Origin: Podarcis pityusensis
Lineage: Eukaryota
DNA length: 64,000 nucleotides
Assembly: GCA_964106645.2 (NCBI GenBank)
Contig: OZ067052.1
Reading direction: 5' to 3' (one strand)
Part shown: positions 38,327-50,280 of the stretch, one piece after another
How positions within the stretch are numbered: the first letter of the stretch is position 1
Layout of the letters: each line of letters begins with the position of its first letter
Notes under the pieces: model-generated
Database searches by the model: none
Told to the model about the DNA's origin: nothing
What the model saw: only the letters and a program-made list of their open reading frames with translations
Translations under genes and position numbers: made by a program

Positions 38327-38341
38327 TGTACATACTGTACC
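38327..38341. promoter_or_regulatory. Steroid response element-like site TGTACAtacTGTACC
   Basis: Matches all eight core positions and sits beside a CpG-rich patch at 38400-38590. Confidence 0.55.
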
Positions 38342-38785
38342 CGCAAAGCAGGCAGGCAGCCAGCCAGCTGCTGGCACTGGGCCAAAACGACAACAACAAA
38401 CAGAGGCAGCGTGCGCCAGAGAGGAGAGGGAGGGAGGGAGGGGAAGGGAAAACACAGCTGAGAGGCAGCAGAGCGTTCTCTCCACACGGGCCGACACCGT
38501 GCTGTCCCCACCGCCGGACAGCGCGATGGGACGCTGGGGAATCGCCGGCAGGTTTGGCCAAACCTGGTTTTGCAATCCGGGTATTCGGTGGTTACAGAAT
38601 ATTCACACACAAACACACACAAACACACACACACACACAAACACACACACCACTCTCTCTTGCATGCACGCATGAACACAAAACATGAATTCTGCATATC
38701 TTGTTTCCTAACATGATCTATTCAGCCAGCCGGCTGCTTGCATGGACTCAAAAGCTGGATTTGGGGTCTGGTTTCAAGGTAATGA

Positions 38786-39139
38786 GGGGATGCGGGTGGC
38801 GCTGTGGGTTAAACCACAGAGCCTAGGACTTGCTGATCAGAAGGTCAGCGGTTCGAATCCCCGTGACGGGGTGAGCTTCCGTTGCTCGGTCCCTGCTCCT
38901 GCCAACCTAACAGGTCGAAAGCACGTCAAAGTGCAAGTAGATAAATAGGTACCGCTCCGGCGGGAAGGTAAACGGCATTTCCGTGTGCTGCTCTGATTCA
39001 CCAGAAGCGGCTTAGTCATGCTGGCCACATGACCCGGAAGCTGTACACCGGCTCCCTTGGCCAATAAAGTGAGTTGAGCGCCACAACCCCAGAGTTGGCC
39101 ACCACTGGACCTAATGGTCAGGGGTCCCTTTACCTTTAC
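38786..39139 (+). mobile_element. Full-length Sauria SINE (lacertid POM/Squam1 type)
   Basis: A-box tggcgctgtgggtt, B-box ggttcgaatcc, characteristic body, (ccttta)n tail, TSD ttcaaggtaatg/ttcaaggtgatg (38773-38784, 39140-39151). Confidence 0.93.
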
Positions 39140-39618
39140 TTCAAGGTGATGGGGCTAACCTATAAAGGTCTAAATGTCCTGGGAGTCAAATAGCTGAAGC
39201 AAGACCCCCTCACTGGCTGAAAATGTGCAGGGAGTTCCTCCTTGACACTCTGCCATGGGCAGGCACGCATTTGAGGTGAGGCAAGGAAGAACCTTATGTT
39301 CAGTGACACCTTGTCCCTGGAAACCCCTCCATCCCTGAAGCATATCTGCCACTGACACTCATCCCAGCCCGTTTCAGTACCAGGTAAAGACCTAGTTATT
39401 TGGCTGGGCATTTACTGGATGCTAACCCTTCCATGTGGAAGGAAACTGCTTTGCGCTGCAGTTTTTATTTCCAAGTTTTGAAGTTTTAAGGCTTGAACTG
39501 TATTTTTTACCTGTTATTTTACCTAAATTGTGTACGGTTTGATTGTTTCACCGGTTTGGAGATTTTGGGAACTGTGATTTGCACTTCACCTCACTTTGAG
39601 AACTTACAATGAACGGTG

Positions 39619-40014
39619 NNNNNNNNNNNNNNNNNNNNNNNNNNNNNNNNNNNNNNNNNNNNNNNNNNNNNNNNNNNNNNNNNNNNNNNNNNNNNNNNNN
39701 NNNNNNNNNNNNNNNNNNNNNNNNNNNNNNNNNNNNNNNNNNNNNNNNNNNNNNNNNNNNNNNNNNNNNNNNNNNNNNNNNNNNNNNNNNNNNNNNNNNN
39801 NNNNNNNNNNNNNNNNNNNNNNNNNNNNNNNNNNNNNNNNNNNNNNNNNNNNNNNNNNNNNNNNNNNNNNNNNNNNNNNNNNNNNNNNNNNNNNNNNNNN
39901 NNNNNNNNNNNNNNNNNNNNNNNNNNNNNNNNNNNNNNNNNNNNNNNNNNNNNNNNNNNNNNNNNNNNNNNNNNNNNNNNNNNNNNNNNNNNNNNNNNNN
40001 NNNNNNNNNNNNNN
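39619..40014. other. Assembly gap (396 N)
   Basis: Run of N. Confidence 1.
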
Positions 40015-40498
40015 ACCATATACTTCCTCTCCATAATTTTTTGGCCCTGTAAACAGGATATAAAAGTGGACAGCTACATTCCGGTTATTTTCAGAGATAG
40101 GGCTTAATTTCAGGAGGTGCAAATGTCCCCCAATTAACCTCTCCCCAACACAACTGAAATCCCTCCACAATTTAGTGTGGCAACTGACATCCCCCATTCC
40201 GAAAAATTTCCCAGGGAACACACGGAGCTTCAGCAGCCCTGGCATATTTTGTCACCTGTCAGAATTAACCCACCTGACTCCAGGAAAAACTGAAAGAAGT
40301 AACAGACTTTTGCCCACCCTCTTATCACCCTCAAACATAGGTTGAAAGTTCTTTTTATACCTACAGAGAAGTTTTCGCTGGGTGGAAATGAGGAGCTCTG
40401 CTGGAGGGACGAAGCTTCCCTTGGAATATATTCCTATATTTCCTCAGTGGTAGAGCATCTGCCTTGCACACAGAAGGACTTAGTTTCAATCCCTGGCT

Positions 40499-40896
40499 TC
40501 CAGTATGTTTCTGATCACAATTCAAAGTGTTGGTGCTGACCTTTAAAGTCCTAAACGGCCTCGGCCCAGTATACCTGAAGGAGCATCTCCACCCCCATCG
40601 TTCTGCCCGGACACTGAGGTCCAGCTCTGAGGGCCTTCTGGCAGTTCCCTCACTGTGAGAAGCAAAGTTTCTGGGAACCAGGCAGAGGGCCTTCTCAGTG
40701 GTGGTGCCCAGCCTGTGGAACGCCCTCCCATCAGATGTCAAGGAAACAAACAACTATCTGACTTTTAGAAGACAGCTGAAGGCAGCCCTGTTTAGGAAAG
40801 TTTTTAATGTGTGACATTTTAATGTATTTTTAATCTTTGTTGGAAGCCACCCAGAGTGGCTGGGAAGACCCAGCCAGATGGGCGGGGTACAAATAA

Positions 40897-40929
<33 letters not shown>
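40499..40929 (+). mobile_element. L2-clade LINE 3' fragment inserted into a tRNA-Ala SINE
   Basis: Near-identical to 28545-28960, with an (ATT)n tail. SINE head at ~40437-40500 and SINE body at ~40930-41010. Confidence 0.9.
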
Positions 40930-40930
<1 letters not shown>

Positions 40931-41702
40931 CTGTAAAGCTGCACAGACCCTCGTCTGAAACCCTGGAGAGCCACTGCCTCTCAGTGGAGAGAGAGCTAGA
41001 TTGGACCAAGGCATCTCCCTTGCTTCCTCTGTTCTAAGGCTGCAGTTTCCCATCATGCTCAGCTTCTGCCCTTTGACAGCAAGGCAATCAACAACTGAGT
41101 TGTTTTCAGCACCTTCCAAAACCATTTTTGGTCCATCAAGCCTACCCAGGCATATAATTTTAGCACAGAATTTTGACATGGGAGTTTAATAGTTATAAAG
41201 TGTTTTAAAATTACTGGTTTTATTTTATATTTAAAGGGTTGGGTTTTTTTTTACAAAATGTAACCTGCTTTTAAATTAGTGTTTTAAAGGAAGATTTTAG
41301 ACCGTCTGTTGTGAGCCACTCAGAGGTCTTTTGTTCCAGTAAGCAGTATCTAAATTTAGTTAAATAAATACATGCAAATCTCTGTGAACACCCTGCAACT
41401 GTTGCTTCCTTCCCATGATTACAGTGAGGACCAGACTGTAAATACTCCAGAAGCTAACAACTCCAAGGCTAGTATCAGGAATCAGTGTAACTGGGCAATC
41501 GCCAAGGTCCGCACTGCAGCAGTGAGTCCACAGCCAGCCCTTGGAGTACCCAGGCCTTGCTTCTGCCGCTGTCTCTTGCTGCTATCACCTGTTCACCTAT
41601 CTCTTCTAAGCAAGCGAGCCAGGGGAGAGATGCAGAGGGCTCACCTTCCCTTTCTCTCGGGACTGCTGTGTAGCTAGGACTCAAAAATAACATGAACAAC
41701 AG

Positions 41703-42425
41703 TGGGGGATGAGGAACAAATTTGTGGTGGGCAGGAGGGCGTCGTTAGCTTTCTGAATTTTAATGAGAAACTACCTAATCTGCCTCCTGCCAACCTAGCA
41801 GTTCGAAAGCACGTCAAAGTGAAAGTAGATAAATAGGTACCGCTCCGGTGGGAAGGTAAACGGCGTTTCCGTGCGCTGCTCTGGTTCGCCAGAAGCGGCT
41901 TAGTCATGCTGGCCACATGACCCGGAAGCTGTACGCCAGCTCCCTCGGCCAATAAAGCGAGATGAGCGCCGCAACCCTAGAGTCGGCCACGACTGGACCT
42001 AATGGTCAGGGGTCCCTTTACCTTTTACCTACCGGTAATCTGCACATCTTGAACCAAGAACCAAAACACAGCCATCCTTTGAAATCTACACTTCTCCGAA
42101 TTTTGCAATGCTGTTTTCCAACCAACGAATATGTGCAAAAATGTGTATACGTATTAGAAGAAAGGGGGAATAAAAATGCATTTGTATATGAAAATTGATT
42201 GTTTTGGGGGAAATTGCAAAAAAGGTACATTAGTCAAAACTGCATGCAAAAACTTGGGGGGTGGGGTTAGGATCAAGATGCTGATGAATTTTCACGATGA
42301 ATTTTTTTTATGTTAAAAGAAGAATGCCTAATGAATGCAGGAATATGAAATGCTGATTTTAAGATTAGAAAAAAAGGAAAAACTGAGAGAAACAGAACCT
42401 GACAGATTTCTCTCTCTCTGCACAA
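41703..42425. mobile_element. AT-rich hAT-type element interrupted by a Sauria SINE
   Basis: Segments on both sides of the SINE match 28065-28500. Confidence 0.6.
41784..42035 (+). mobile_element. 5'-truncated Sauria SINE
   Basis: Matches 38896-39139, TSD taatctgc (41776-41783, 42036-42043). Confidence 0.92.
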
Positions 42426-43574
42426 AGGCTACACCAGGGTGTGTGCCTTTGTGTGTGAGGAGGTGAGTCCGTTCAAGAAAGGGTCCCAGTGTGGACCTCC
42501 AAACCTTTGAGCCCCACAATCATCACACCATAAAAATCATGTGAGAGAGACTCCCAACCAGCCAGCCACAATAGTCAAGGCGGTATGCTGCCATCACTGA
42601 GCATGCTTTGTTCTGATTGGACGGTCCCCCCTGCCACTTCAGTTCTCTTGCTTAAATACCACCCCCTTTCTGCAAAGCTTGGGACACATAAGCTATGTAA
42701 GGAGCACCATTCAGAGAACTGAGTATATGGGATGGTTGTACACTGAGTTCCTCCTGCAAGTAAGTTTAGGACTGAATTAACTTTCAGGGTACCAAGCCTC
42801 CCACTTAGCATTCCAGCCCCTCAATAGCCATTTAATTAAGGAGGCTGCATAATTTGAGCCCAATCTTGAGATTCATTACAGGAAGCGAGTGCCTAATTCT
42901 GCAACAGTTTTACTAATGCAACTCCAGTGGTTGCTCAGAGAATGAAGCTTTCGCAACACACACACAGAAATGCAGAACGTATTGGTGGAGACAAAGATGG
43001 GTGAAATAGGGGGAGCCATGTCTGTCCATCCTGGAAGGATGGAATAGTAATCAGCCACTTGGGATTCAAAGTCTGCTGCTCCAGGGCTGTGCTTAAGCAC
43101 CTGCAATATCAAGGAGCCAAGGAAAACCATTCAGAACGGCAAGACCTGGCTCTGAGGACCTCTGACAAAGTGTAACCAATTGGTTTTAATGGCTGGGAAA
43201 TCATTGAGAAATTGTAGTTTGTACTCTTCAACAGGGCAAAGTCTGAAGCGTGGCTCATGGTCTGAATTGGTAAGCATTTAAACCAGGAGGTCCCTAACTC
43301 CAGTGGCAATCATTAGAAGTATGTTTCTGGTGTATGGAAAACTCTCAGGAGGGAAGGAGACCACAGCTTCTAGAGGCCAAGGAGTTGAACTTCTGCACAT
43401 TCTTTGTCCTAGCACAATGGCTGCCATTATTTGGTAGCCTGTTGTCAAGTGGACACAAGACCACACTATGGACTAGAAAGCTGTTGGTTCAGTCTTGTGC
43501 TGGCCATGAGCAAGCTTTGCCATTTTTCTCTCAACCAAGCCTGTTTGCATACAGAGATAATATTGGCCTAACTT

Positions 43575-44070
43575 ACAAGTGCCCAAATCCCAGCAGAGCA
43601 GAAAAGACTATTTATGTATGTGACCATAGCTGCCTGGATGTTAATGGCCCAGAGATGGAAAGAAGACAAAGTCCCTGCCAGAGAAGAATGGCGGATTAAG
43701 TTGATGGACTATGCCAAAATGGCAAAAATGACCAGAAGAATCAGAGATCAGGAAGGCCAAAATTTTAATAAGGAATGGGGAAATTACATAATTTATCTTA
43801 AAAACCGTCGTAAACAGCTAAAATCATTAGTAGGATTGGAATAACACTTGTAGTTTAATGTTGAATTTTGGATATAACAGAGACGAAAAAATATTTGGAT
43901 TATTATAAAAGATGCAGGAGGAAATTGTTAACAAACAGACCCACAAAAGGGAGGAGGGAAGTACAGGAGATTCTTTGGAATCTTGTTTTTATGTTGTTGG
44001 ATAATTGATTGTAAATTTTTAAACTGCAAAACTATTTTTTTTAAAAAAAAAAAAAACAATAATAATAATA
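43575..44070 (+). mobile_element. L1-clade LINE 3' end (ORF2 C-terminus, 3' UTR, A-rich tail)
   Basis: LFMYVTIAAWMLMAQRWKEDKVPAREEWRIKLMDYAKMAKMTRRIR resembles non-mammalian L1 ORF2 termini. Poly-A at ~44043-44057. Confidence 0.8.
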
Positions 44071-44379
44071 GTACTGGCCAACAGCCCACACAGCAAGCTG
44101 CAGACACAAAATAATCTATGCAAAATAAGAAAAGCTGTTCCGTTCTTACAAGTTGGGACCTAACTCAGGCTGCTGACCAGGTATGTGAGCTTTCCGTTAT
44201 CACACAAGCATCCTCAACAGGCAGACCAGAGCAATATTTCACAGGGATGAAAAGGGAACAAGTTGGGTCACAGGTTAATAGCAAAGAGGGCCAATTGTCA
44301 GCAAACAGCTCAGTTTGGTGGCTTTGTAAAACCTTGTTCTACACACACCTGTGATTTGATTCATTCTATGTTCTCCATG

Positions 44380-44654
44380 GAACACAGAGTGCTCACTGGA
44401 AGGACAGATCCTGAAGCTGAGGCTCCAATACTTTGGCCACCTCCTGAGAAGAGAAGACTCCCTGGAAAAGACCCTGATGTTGGGAAAGATGGAGGGCACA
44501 AGGAGAAGGGGATGACAGAGGACGAGATGGTTGGACAGTGTTCTCGAAGCTACCAGCATGCGTTTGACCAAACTGCGGGAGGCAGTGGAAGACAGGAGTG
44601 CCTGGTCACAAAGTGTCAAACACAACTAAATGACTAAACAATAACAAACAACAA
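44380..44654 (+). mobile_element. RTE-BovB 3' fragment
   Basis: Matches 14312-14590 with a small internal deletion. Perfect 12 bp TSD atgttctccatg (44368-44379, 44655-44666). Confidence 0.93.
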
Positions 44655-44992
44655 ATGTTCTCCATGATGAAGGGATATGTGAAACTGAGAGGATTGCAAC
44701 CAATTTTAAAATACACATTTCTCCCAACTTTGTCTCTCTTTTGGAACAAGTCCTGCCTCATACACACACACACCAGTCACTATTTATAAGGAGGGGGTGA
44801 CATAACATGAAATGCACTGACATCTGTTTTGGTCCTAAGTATTCATCTTCTTGCATGCTCTAAACTCAATATGATGGGGATGATGACGATAGAGTTTCAG
44901 CATATTCCAATCCTGATTGAGCTAAAATACCATTAACCTGGAAAGTGGATGAGAAGAAGGAATGCCCCCCCCCCCTATTTTTCCAAACTTAC

Positions 44993-45090
44993 CTGAATGA
45001 GCCAATAAGTGCATCCGGAGCCGCAGGCTGTCAAGGAATCTTTTCCCGCACAATTCACACCCATAAGTCTTCATCCCACTGTGCAGTTTC
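44993..45090 (-). CDS. ZBTB16: ZBTB16/PLZF coding exon 3 (end of C2H2 finger 1, linker, finger 2): (R)KLHSGMKTYGCELCGKRFLDSLRLRMHLLAHS
   Basis: Translation matches the PLZF ZF1-ZF2 peptide as I recall it. Acceptor ...tctttctgtag|G (CT at 45091-45092 on +), donor CAG|gtaagt (AC at 44991-44992). 98 nt, phase 2 to phase 1. Confidence 0.97.
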
Positions 45091-47146
45091 CTACAGAAAG
45101 ACAACAGATGGGTGGAAAGTGAGTTCTCTTGGTATGTTCAGAGATTTTGAGTGGAAAGAATTTATTTTTAAACATCAGCACTTAACCCATGGGAATGTTT
45201 CACAAAATCTACTGTTACTGACAGATTCTCATCAGTTAAGAATCACAGGAAAGATATTATATTTAACTGGGAGGGTTAAGCGGGGGAATTTTTAAACAAC
45301 CACATAAGCTTATTGTCATAAAAAAAGTATTCAAGACTTCTCCTGAAGCATTTATACATACAACCAAATAAGGCTTTAAAAGACATGAGCATACTCACAG
45401 ACTACAAAAAAAACCAAAACAAAACCCACCTCTCACACACCTGGGCTGATGTGACGTGTGATAGATGGTTTTTTGTTGTAGCCTTGCTCAACCCAGCCTC
45501 TGCAGCTGTAAAATGGGCACTTTTAATGACCGGAACGGAATAGCCACAGACAGGTTGATGCTATAATTTGAAACATGTTCCCACCCCACCCCATCACCCC
45601 CAATCTACTGATGGACCACCTCTCATGGTGGTTAGTCAGGGCTGCTGAGAGAGTCATAAAGTGCTTTTTACATTTATAAAAAAAATGTGGAAACAACTGG
45701 TGAGAAGAAACAGCAATATATGAGTTAAGGAAGGGCAGAAATGCCAACAGAATGATTGGAAGTGGGGAGGGTGGGGGGTGAAGAGGAAAAGGTACTTAAT
45801 CAACATCCTGGGAGATTTATTTTCCTGCTTCCATCTCTACTCCTAACCCAGGGCTGTGAATCTAGACACTTCCCAAGACAGGTGATGAAAGGCACCCATC
45901 CATGGCCTTTCTGGTTGGGAGCGTGCACTGTCTCTTTTATAAAACAGCTGCTCATTGAAGAGTGAACTGGTGAAGTTCTTGAGCCATTGGTCTCGCGGCC
46001 CAAATGATATTTAGCAAGCTGAGCTATATATGTCAAGATGGGGCAGTAGCAGGATTGATCCCAAGAAGACAGAGGAAGAAATAGTTGCCCAACTTCTATC
46101 GGTTTTAAATTCCCATCACTGAAATTCATCTACATCCCTATGACAAAGACACATGGAACAAACAGCCACCCAATCACAGCTAAGCTACAGACTGTATGGA
46201 GTATCACCCCCCTGTCAATCAAATCCCTTCCCCAAACAGGCTCAAAGGGGCATGAACTATGAGAAAAGCAGCTGCCTAGGGGCACATCCCAGACACTCGA
46301 TGGGGGTACAAAGCAAAGCAGGTGAGGGGTGTGGTTTATATAGGGGATGTGGTCTAGAGAGAGTCCCAAGAGCAGATTTGGGAGGTCACCAGGTCTGGGG
46401 TTCCTCAGCCCTGCACTACTAAAAGTCCCACACAGTTTTTTCTCCACATTTTAACAGTGGAGAGGGTCACTACAACAAGAGGGCGGGGAATGTTGCCACG
46501 GAATAACACTGCCTAAATGTAAATGTGCTTTGCAGCATGCAGCAGTGAAAGGAAGACTGAACCAGTTTAGTTGCATAGTGCAGAATATAATGGGGGGCAC
46601 AACCTGATCCCACATTTTTGCACCGGGGGGATTAACCACTTCAAACCAAGATGGTTTTGACCCTGAAATGGATTGATCGGTCTTCTGCATATAAAACAAT
46701 CAAATAGGTTGAAGCTCCTTGATGGCCCATCCACTGCCAATAGGTGTGCAAGTTAAATGCTAAAATGCTCATGTTTAAGCAGTCCTCAGCTGAAATGCCC
46801 TCACACTCACCTGCAAAATATGCCCCTCTATTCACAGGTGGCAAAACTAGGAGACACAGTTGTCCATCTCCAAAAAGTTTTCTGCAACCTTTTTGCACCC
46901 TCCCTTTGGTGGCAATGGAAGTGCCTCATTTAATTTCCCTCACTCCCACTTCTTTGCACTTATACTTGCTACTTCCAGTGGCAATGGTGGTGCCTTCCAG
47001 AAGCCATGATGCAGTGTGATTCGAAGAGTGCCCCAAGGAGAGGGAGAGAATGGAAGCCTGCTCTTGGTTTTCCCCTACTTTGGCAGGCCAGAGACCTCTG
47101 GGTGCAAGGGAGACCTCCAGTGCTACTGGCTGCCACAGCTCACAGT

Positions 47147-47442
47147 TTCCCCAGCCACTCTGGGCGGCTCCCAATCGAGTGTTAAAACAATACAGCATTA
47201 AATATTAAAAACTTCCCTAAACAGGGCTGCCTTCAGATGTCTTTTAAAGATAAGATAGCTGCTTATTTCCTTCACATCTGAAGGGAGGGCATTCCACAGG
47301 GTGGGGGCCACTACCGAGAAGGCCCTCTGTCTGGTTCCCTGTAACTTCACTTCTCGCAATGAGAAGGCCCTCAGCACTGGATCTCAGTGTCCGGGCTGAA
47401 CGATGGGGATGGAGACGCTCCTTCAGGTATGCAGGACCGAGG
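47147..47442 (-). mobile_element. L2-clade LINE 3' fragment
   Basis: Reverse complement of ~40560-40865. Confidence 0.88.
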
Positions 47443-47629
47443 ATCTAAACTACCTCACTTTTGAACCCTGTGCCCCATTTTGGCTGGATACCAGGTAGAG
47501 AATTCCATCAGAAATGGGAATAGCAGCAGAAATTGCCACAATTTGCATGGTCGTCTGAAGTCAGAAATGGAAATCACACAAGGAAATATGAGCAGTGGTC
47601 ATATTCATCTTGTTGAGTTTGCAAATCTT

Positions 47630-48700
47630 CCATAAATAATTACATTATTTTCTGCATTGTTTCTGATGCTTCCCTTCCATTGAAATAAATTACACACAGG
47701 CAACTCCCATTTTAGCTGCGACCGATAGTGATTGCACACACACGCACAGGACCAAACCTGGAAATGACCCAGAAACTTCATAAAGACATCACCAAAACGT
47801 CACTAAAAGAGTGGAACAGGGATGGAGCGGGAGCGGAATAGAGTGTTTGCAGGCTTTTCCAATGGATTCTGATTTCACACAATTTCACATAAGCGCGCAA
47901 TGACCAGGAACACAACCCCCACACAAACAGGGCGTTGCCTGTAATTAATTATTTTTGTTTTAACCATGATGGACAGTGAGACAAATAATGCAGTCTTTTG
48001 TGGAAGACAAATTGTGGTGGAACGGAAACAGCGCTGATTGCAACAAAGTCAGGGTGGACAGAAATCACTGCCTCCTTACACTGGGACTAGGCGCAAGCAT
48101 ATCATTTTGGAGAAGACACAGCATCGCGCCACCTTTTCAGAGCCGCATGAGAGCCCAAGAGGGCCGAATGTGCTGTTCTGAAGAGCCCCTTTCCATACCG
48201 AAGGACACATGAATGTTAGAAGAGAACCACAATCCCAGTAGAGTGTTTGCAGGCTCCTCTTCCTTGCTCCCTCCCACTGCCCCAAGCAAGGCATTTGAAC
48301 AGGGTGTCAGAAATGACAAAAGAACGCATTAATCTTACTACACCCAACAGCTCACCTACAGATCTACATGGCAATCAAACTCAGTGTCCCAACCCTTCCA
48401 TTGGTTACATAACCGAGTCTTTGTTTTTTAGTTTTTTTAAAAAATAACAGTGCTTTGGCTTTCGGCAAGTCATTTATTTGAAATATCTCTATCAACAAAT
48501 TTCAGCAGGAACAAAAGTTTTCCATTTGGCACCTGCTTATAGCATGATGTTATCGTAGCCAATCTCATACAGTCTCTTTCAGCAAGGTCTTTAAAGCACT
48601 TTATCTCTCAGGCTCCTGGTAGCGAAATATGATTGAAATGTTCTATTTATGCTCAGTGGATTAAGGCTATTTTATTGCCACACACATAAAAAAAAAAGGG
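47630..48700. promoter_or_regulatory. Candidate conserved non-coding block (intron 2)
   Basis: About 1 kb with no recognisable repeat, retained CpGs, TAATTA/ACAAAG motifs. Confidence 0.35.
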
Positions 48701-49454
48701 AAAACCCTTGCAGATGTAAGCAAGGTATTATAGCCATCCACGCTGTTAAGATCTGAAAGAGAAAGATCAATAGACAAGTCGACCATTTTCACTAAAGTTG
48801 TGCTTTTAAGAAAGAAGGAATGGAGGGGGTGAGAGACCCAAGAAAACACATTCAAAGTATGTGGGTATTGATTCCCAATTATACACTCCCAAAACGGCAC
48901 AGTCCAGAAAAATGATCTGCACTTTTTAATATTCGACATCTGACTGACATCATAAATTCCTAATCTCTTGTGCATCCTGAATAAGTAAATAAACGTCCCT
49001 CTAAGCAAAGTAAAGCCACAACGTGGTGCAGAAGGGATTATGGAGGGAGACACACACCGTGGAAATCTCCTTCTGCTTCAAGAGAAACCAAGTGATCCTC
49101 CTAGGGAGGTTTGTGCCACAGGTTAATACGAATGCACAGGTGAAGACAATTCTGCTGGACTGGTGCTGAACAGGCTGACACAAATAAATCAGCCCCAAAC
49201 TAGCAAGCCACCCATCTACAAGCTTTGCCTGCCATTGTTCTAGCAGTTGGAAATTTGGGAGTCTTTTTCCTAAATAGCACAGCAGATTGCTATAGCTTGC
49301 ACATGTCCCACTCTTAAAGGGGGAGAGTCAGAAAAGTATGTTTTTATGAAGCCCATCATACATGTATATTTATCAAGCAAAGCTCTAGGAGTAATACTAC
49401 TAATCATTTAAGACTCCAACTTCTTATAATCCTTCATATCAAAGTCAACCAATG

Positions 49455-49630
49455 GGGAAGGGCCATAGAATCAGGGGAAGAACATATGCTTTGCATGCAG
49501 AAGGTACTGGGTTCAACTGGCATCATCTCCAGGTACACCTGGGGGGATGTACCCTGGAGAGCTGCTGCCAGTCAGTGTAGACAATACTGAGCTAGGTGGA
49601 CCAATGGTCTGACTCAGCATAAGGCCATAT
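49455..49630 (+). mobile_element. tRNA-Ala-headed SINE with CR1-type tail
   Basis: gggccatag...tgctttgcatgcagaaggt...gtagacaatactgagctaggtggaccaatggtctgactcag. Confidence 0.8.
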
Positions 49631-49969
49631 GGTAACTGAAGATGGTTGAGGCTTCTACTGAATTTCGGTATGCTGGTTTTGTGAATGTGATCCCATGTGA
49701 CCAGACTGTGCACAGCTGAGCATATCCTGGGTCAAGGGGGCCATGCTAGAAAACAGCTACTGACTTATCGAACCATTCAGAGAGTCCACACAAAAAAAGA
49801 GCCAAGTCATGTGAGCTAAGTGGTCTTCATTCAGGTTCTGAATACTGTCACCAACCACCTCCTACAGTGGCCTCTATCTTCCCTCAACTGCCACCACAGG
49901 GGCAGAGGGGAGGGGAGAAGAAGCAGTAATATTGATATTATCCATTCTACTGTAACATTATATATATCA

Positions 49970-50280
49970 CAAGAAGATCAAACCTATCCACTCCTAAGGA
50001 AATCAGCCCTAAGTGCTCACTGGAAGGACAGATCCTGAAGCTGAGGCTCCTATACTTTGGCCACCTCATGAGAAGAGAAGACTCCCCGGAAAAGACCCTG
50101 ATGCTGGGAAAGATGGAGGACGCAAGGAGAAGGGGATGACAGAGGACGAGATGGTTGGACAGTGTTCTTGGACCAAACTGCAGGAGGCAGTGGTGACAGG
50201 AGTGCCTGGCGTGCTCTGGTCCATGGGGTCATGAAGAGTTGGACACGACTAAACAACTAAATAATAATAACAACAACAAC
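49970..50280 (+). mobile_element. RTE-BovB 3' fragment with internal deletion
   Basis: Matches 14271-14590, with a (TAA/CAA)n tail. Confidence 0.92.

Larger units (their letters stand above)
10090..44992 (-). other. ZBTB16: ZBTB16 intron 3 (34,903 bp including 536 N)
   Basis: GT...AG ends on the minus strand between two phase-compatible exons. Confidence 0.93.

Noticed and set aside
38119-38688. 189 aa ORF
   Set aside because: Low-complexity GC-rich and (CA)n sequence with few stop codons, no domain similarity.
39591-40245. Several long ORFs full of X (likewise 29771-30237)
   Set aside because: Artefacts of translating N gaps.
44922-45104. 60 aa ORF as a standalone zinc-finger microprotein
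   Set aside because: It is exon 3 of ZBTB16 read through into both introns. Similarity to PLZF starts and stops exactly at canonical splice sites.
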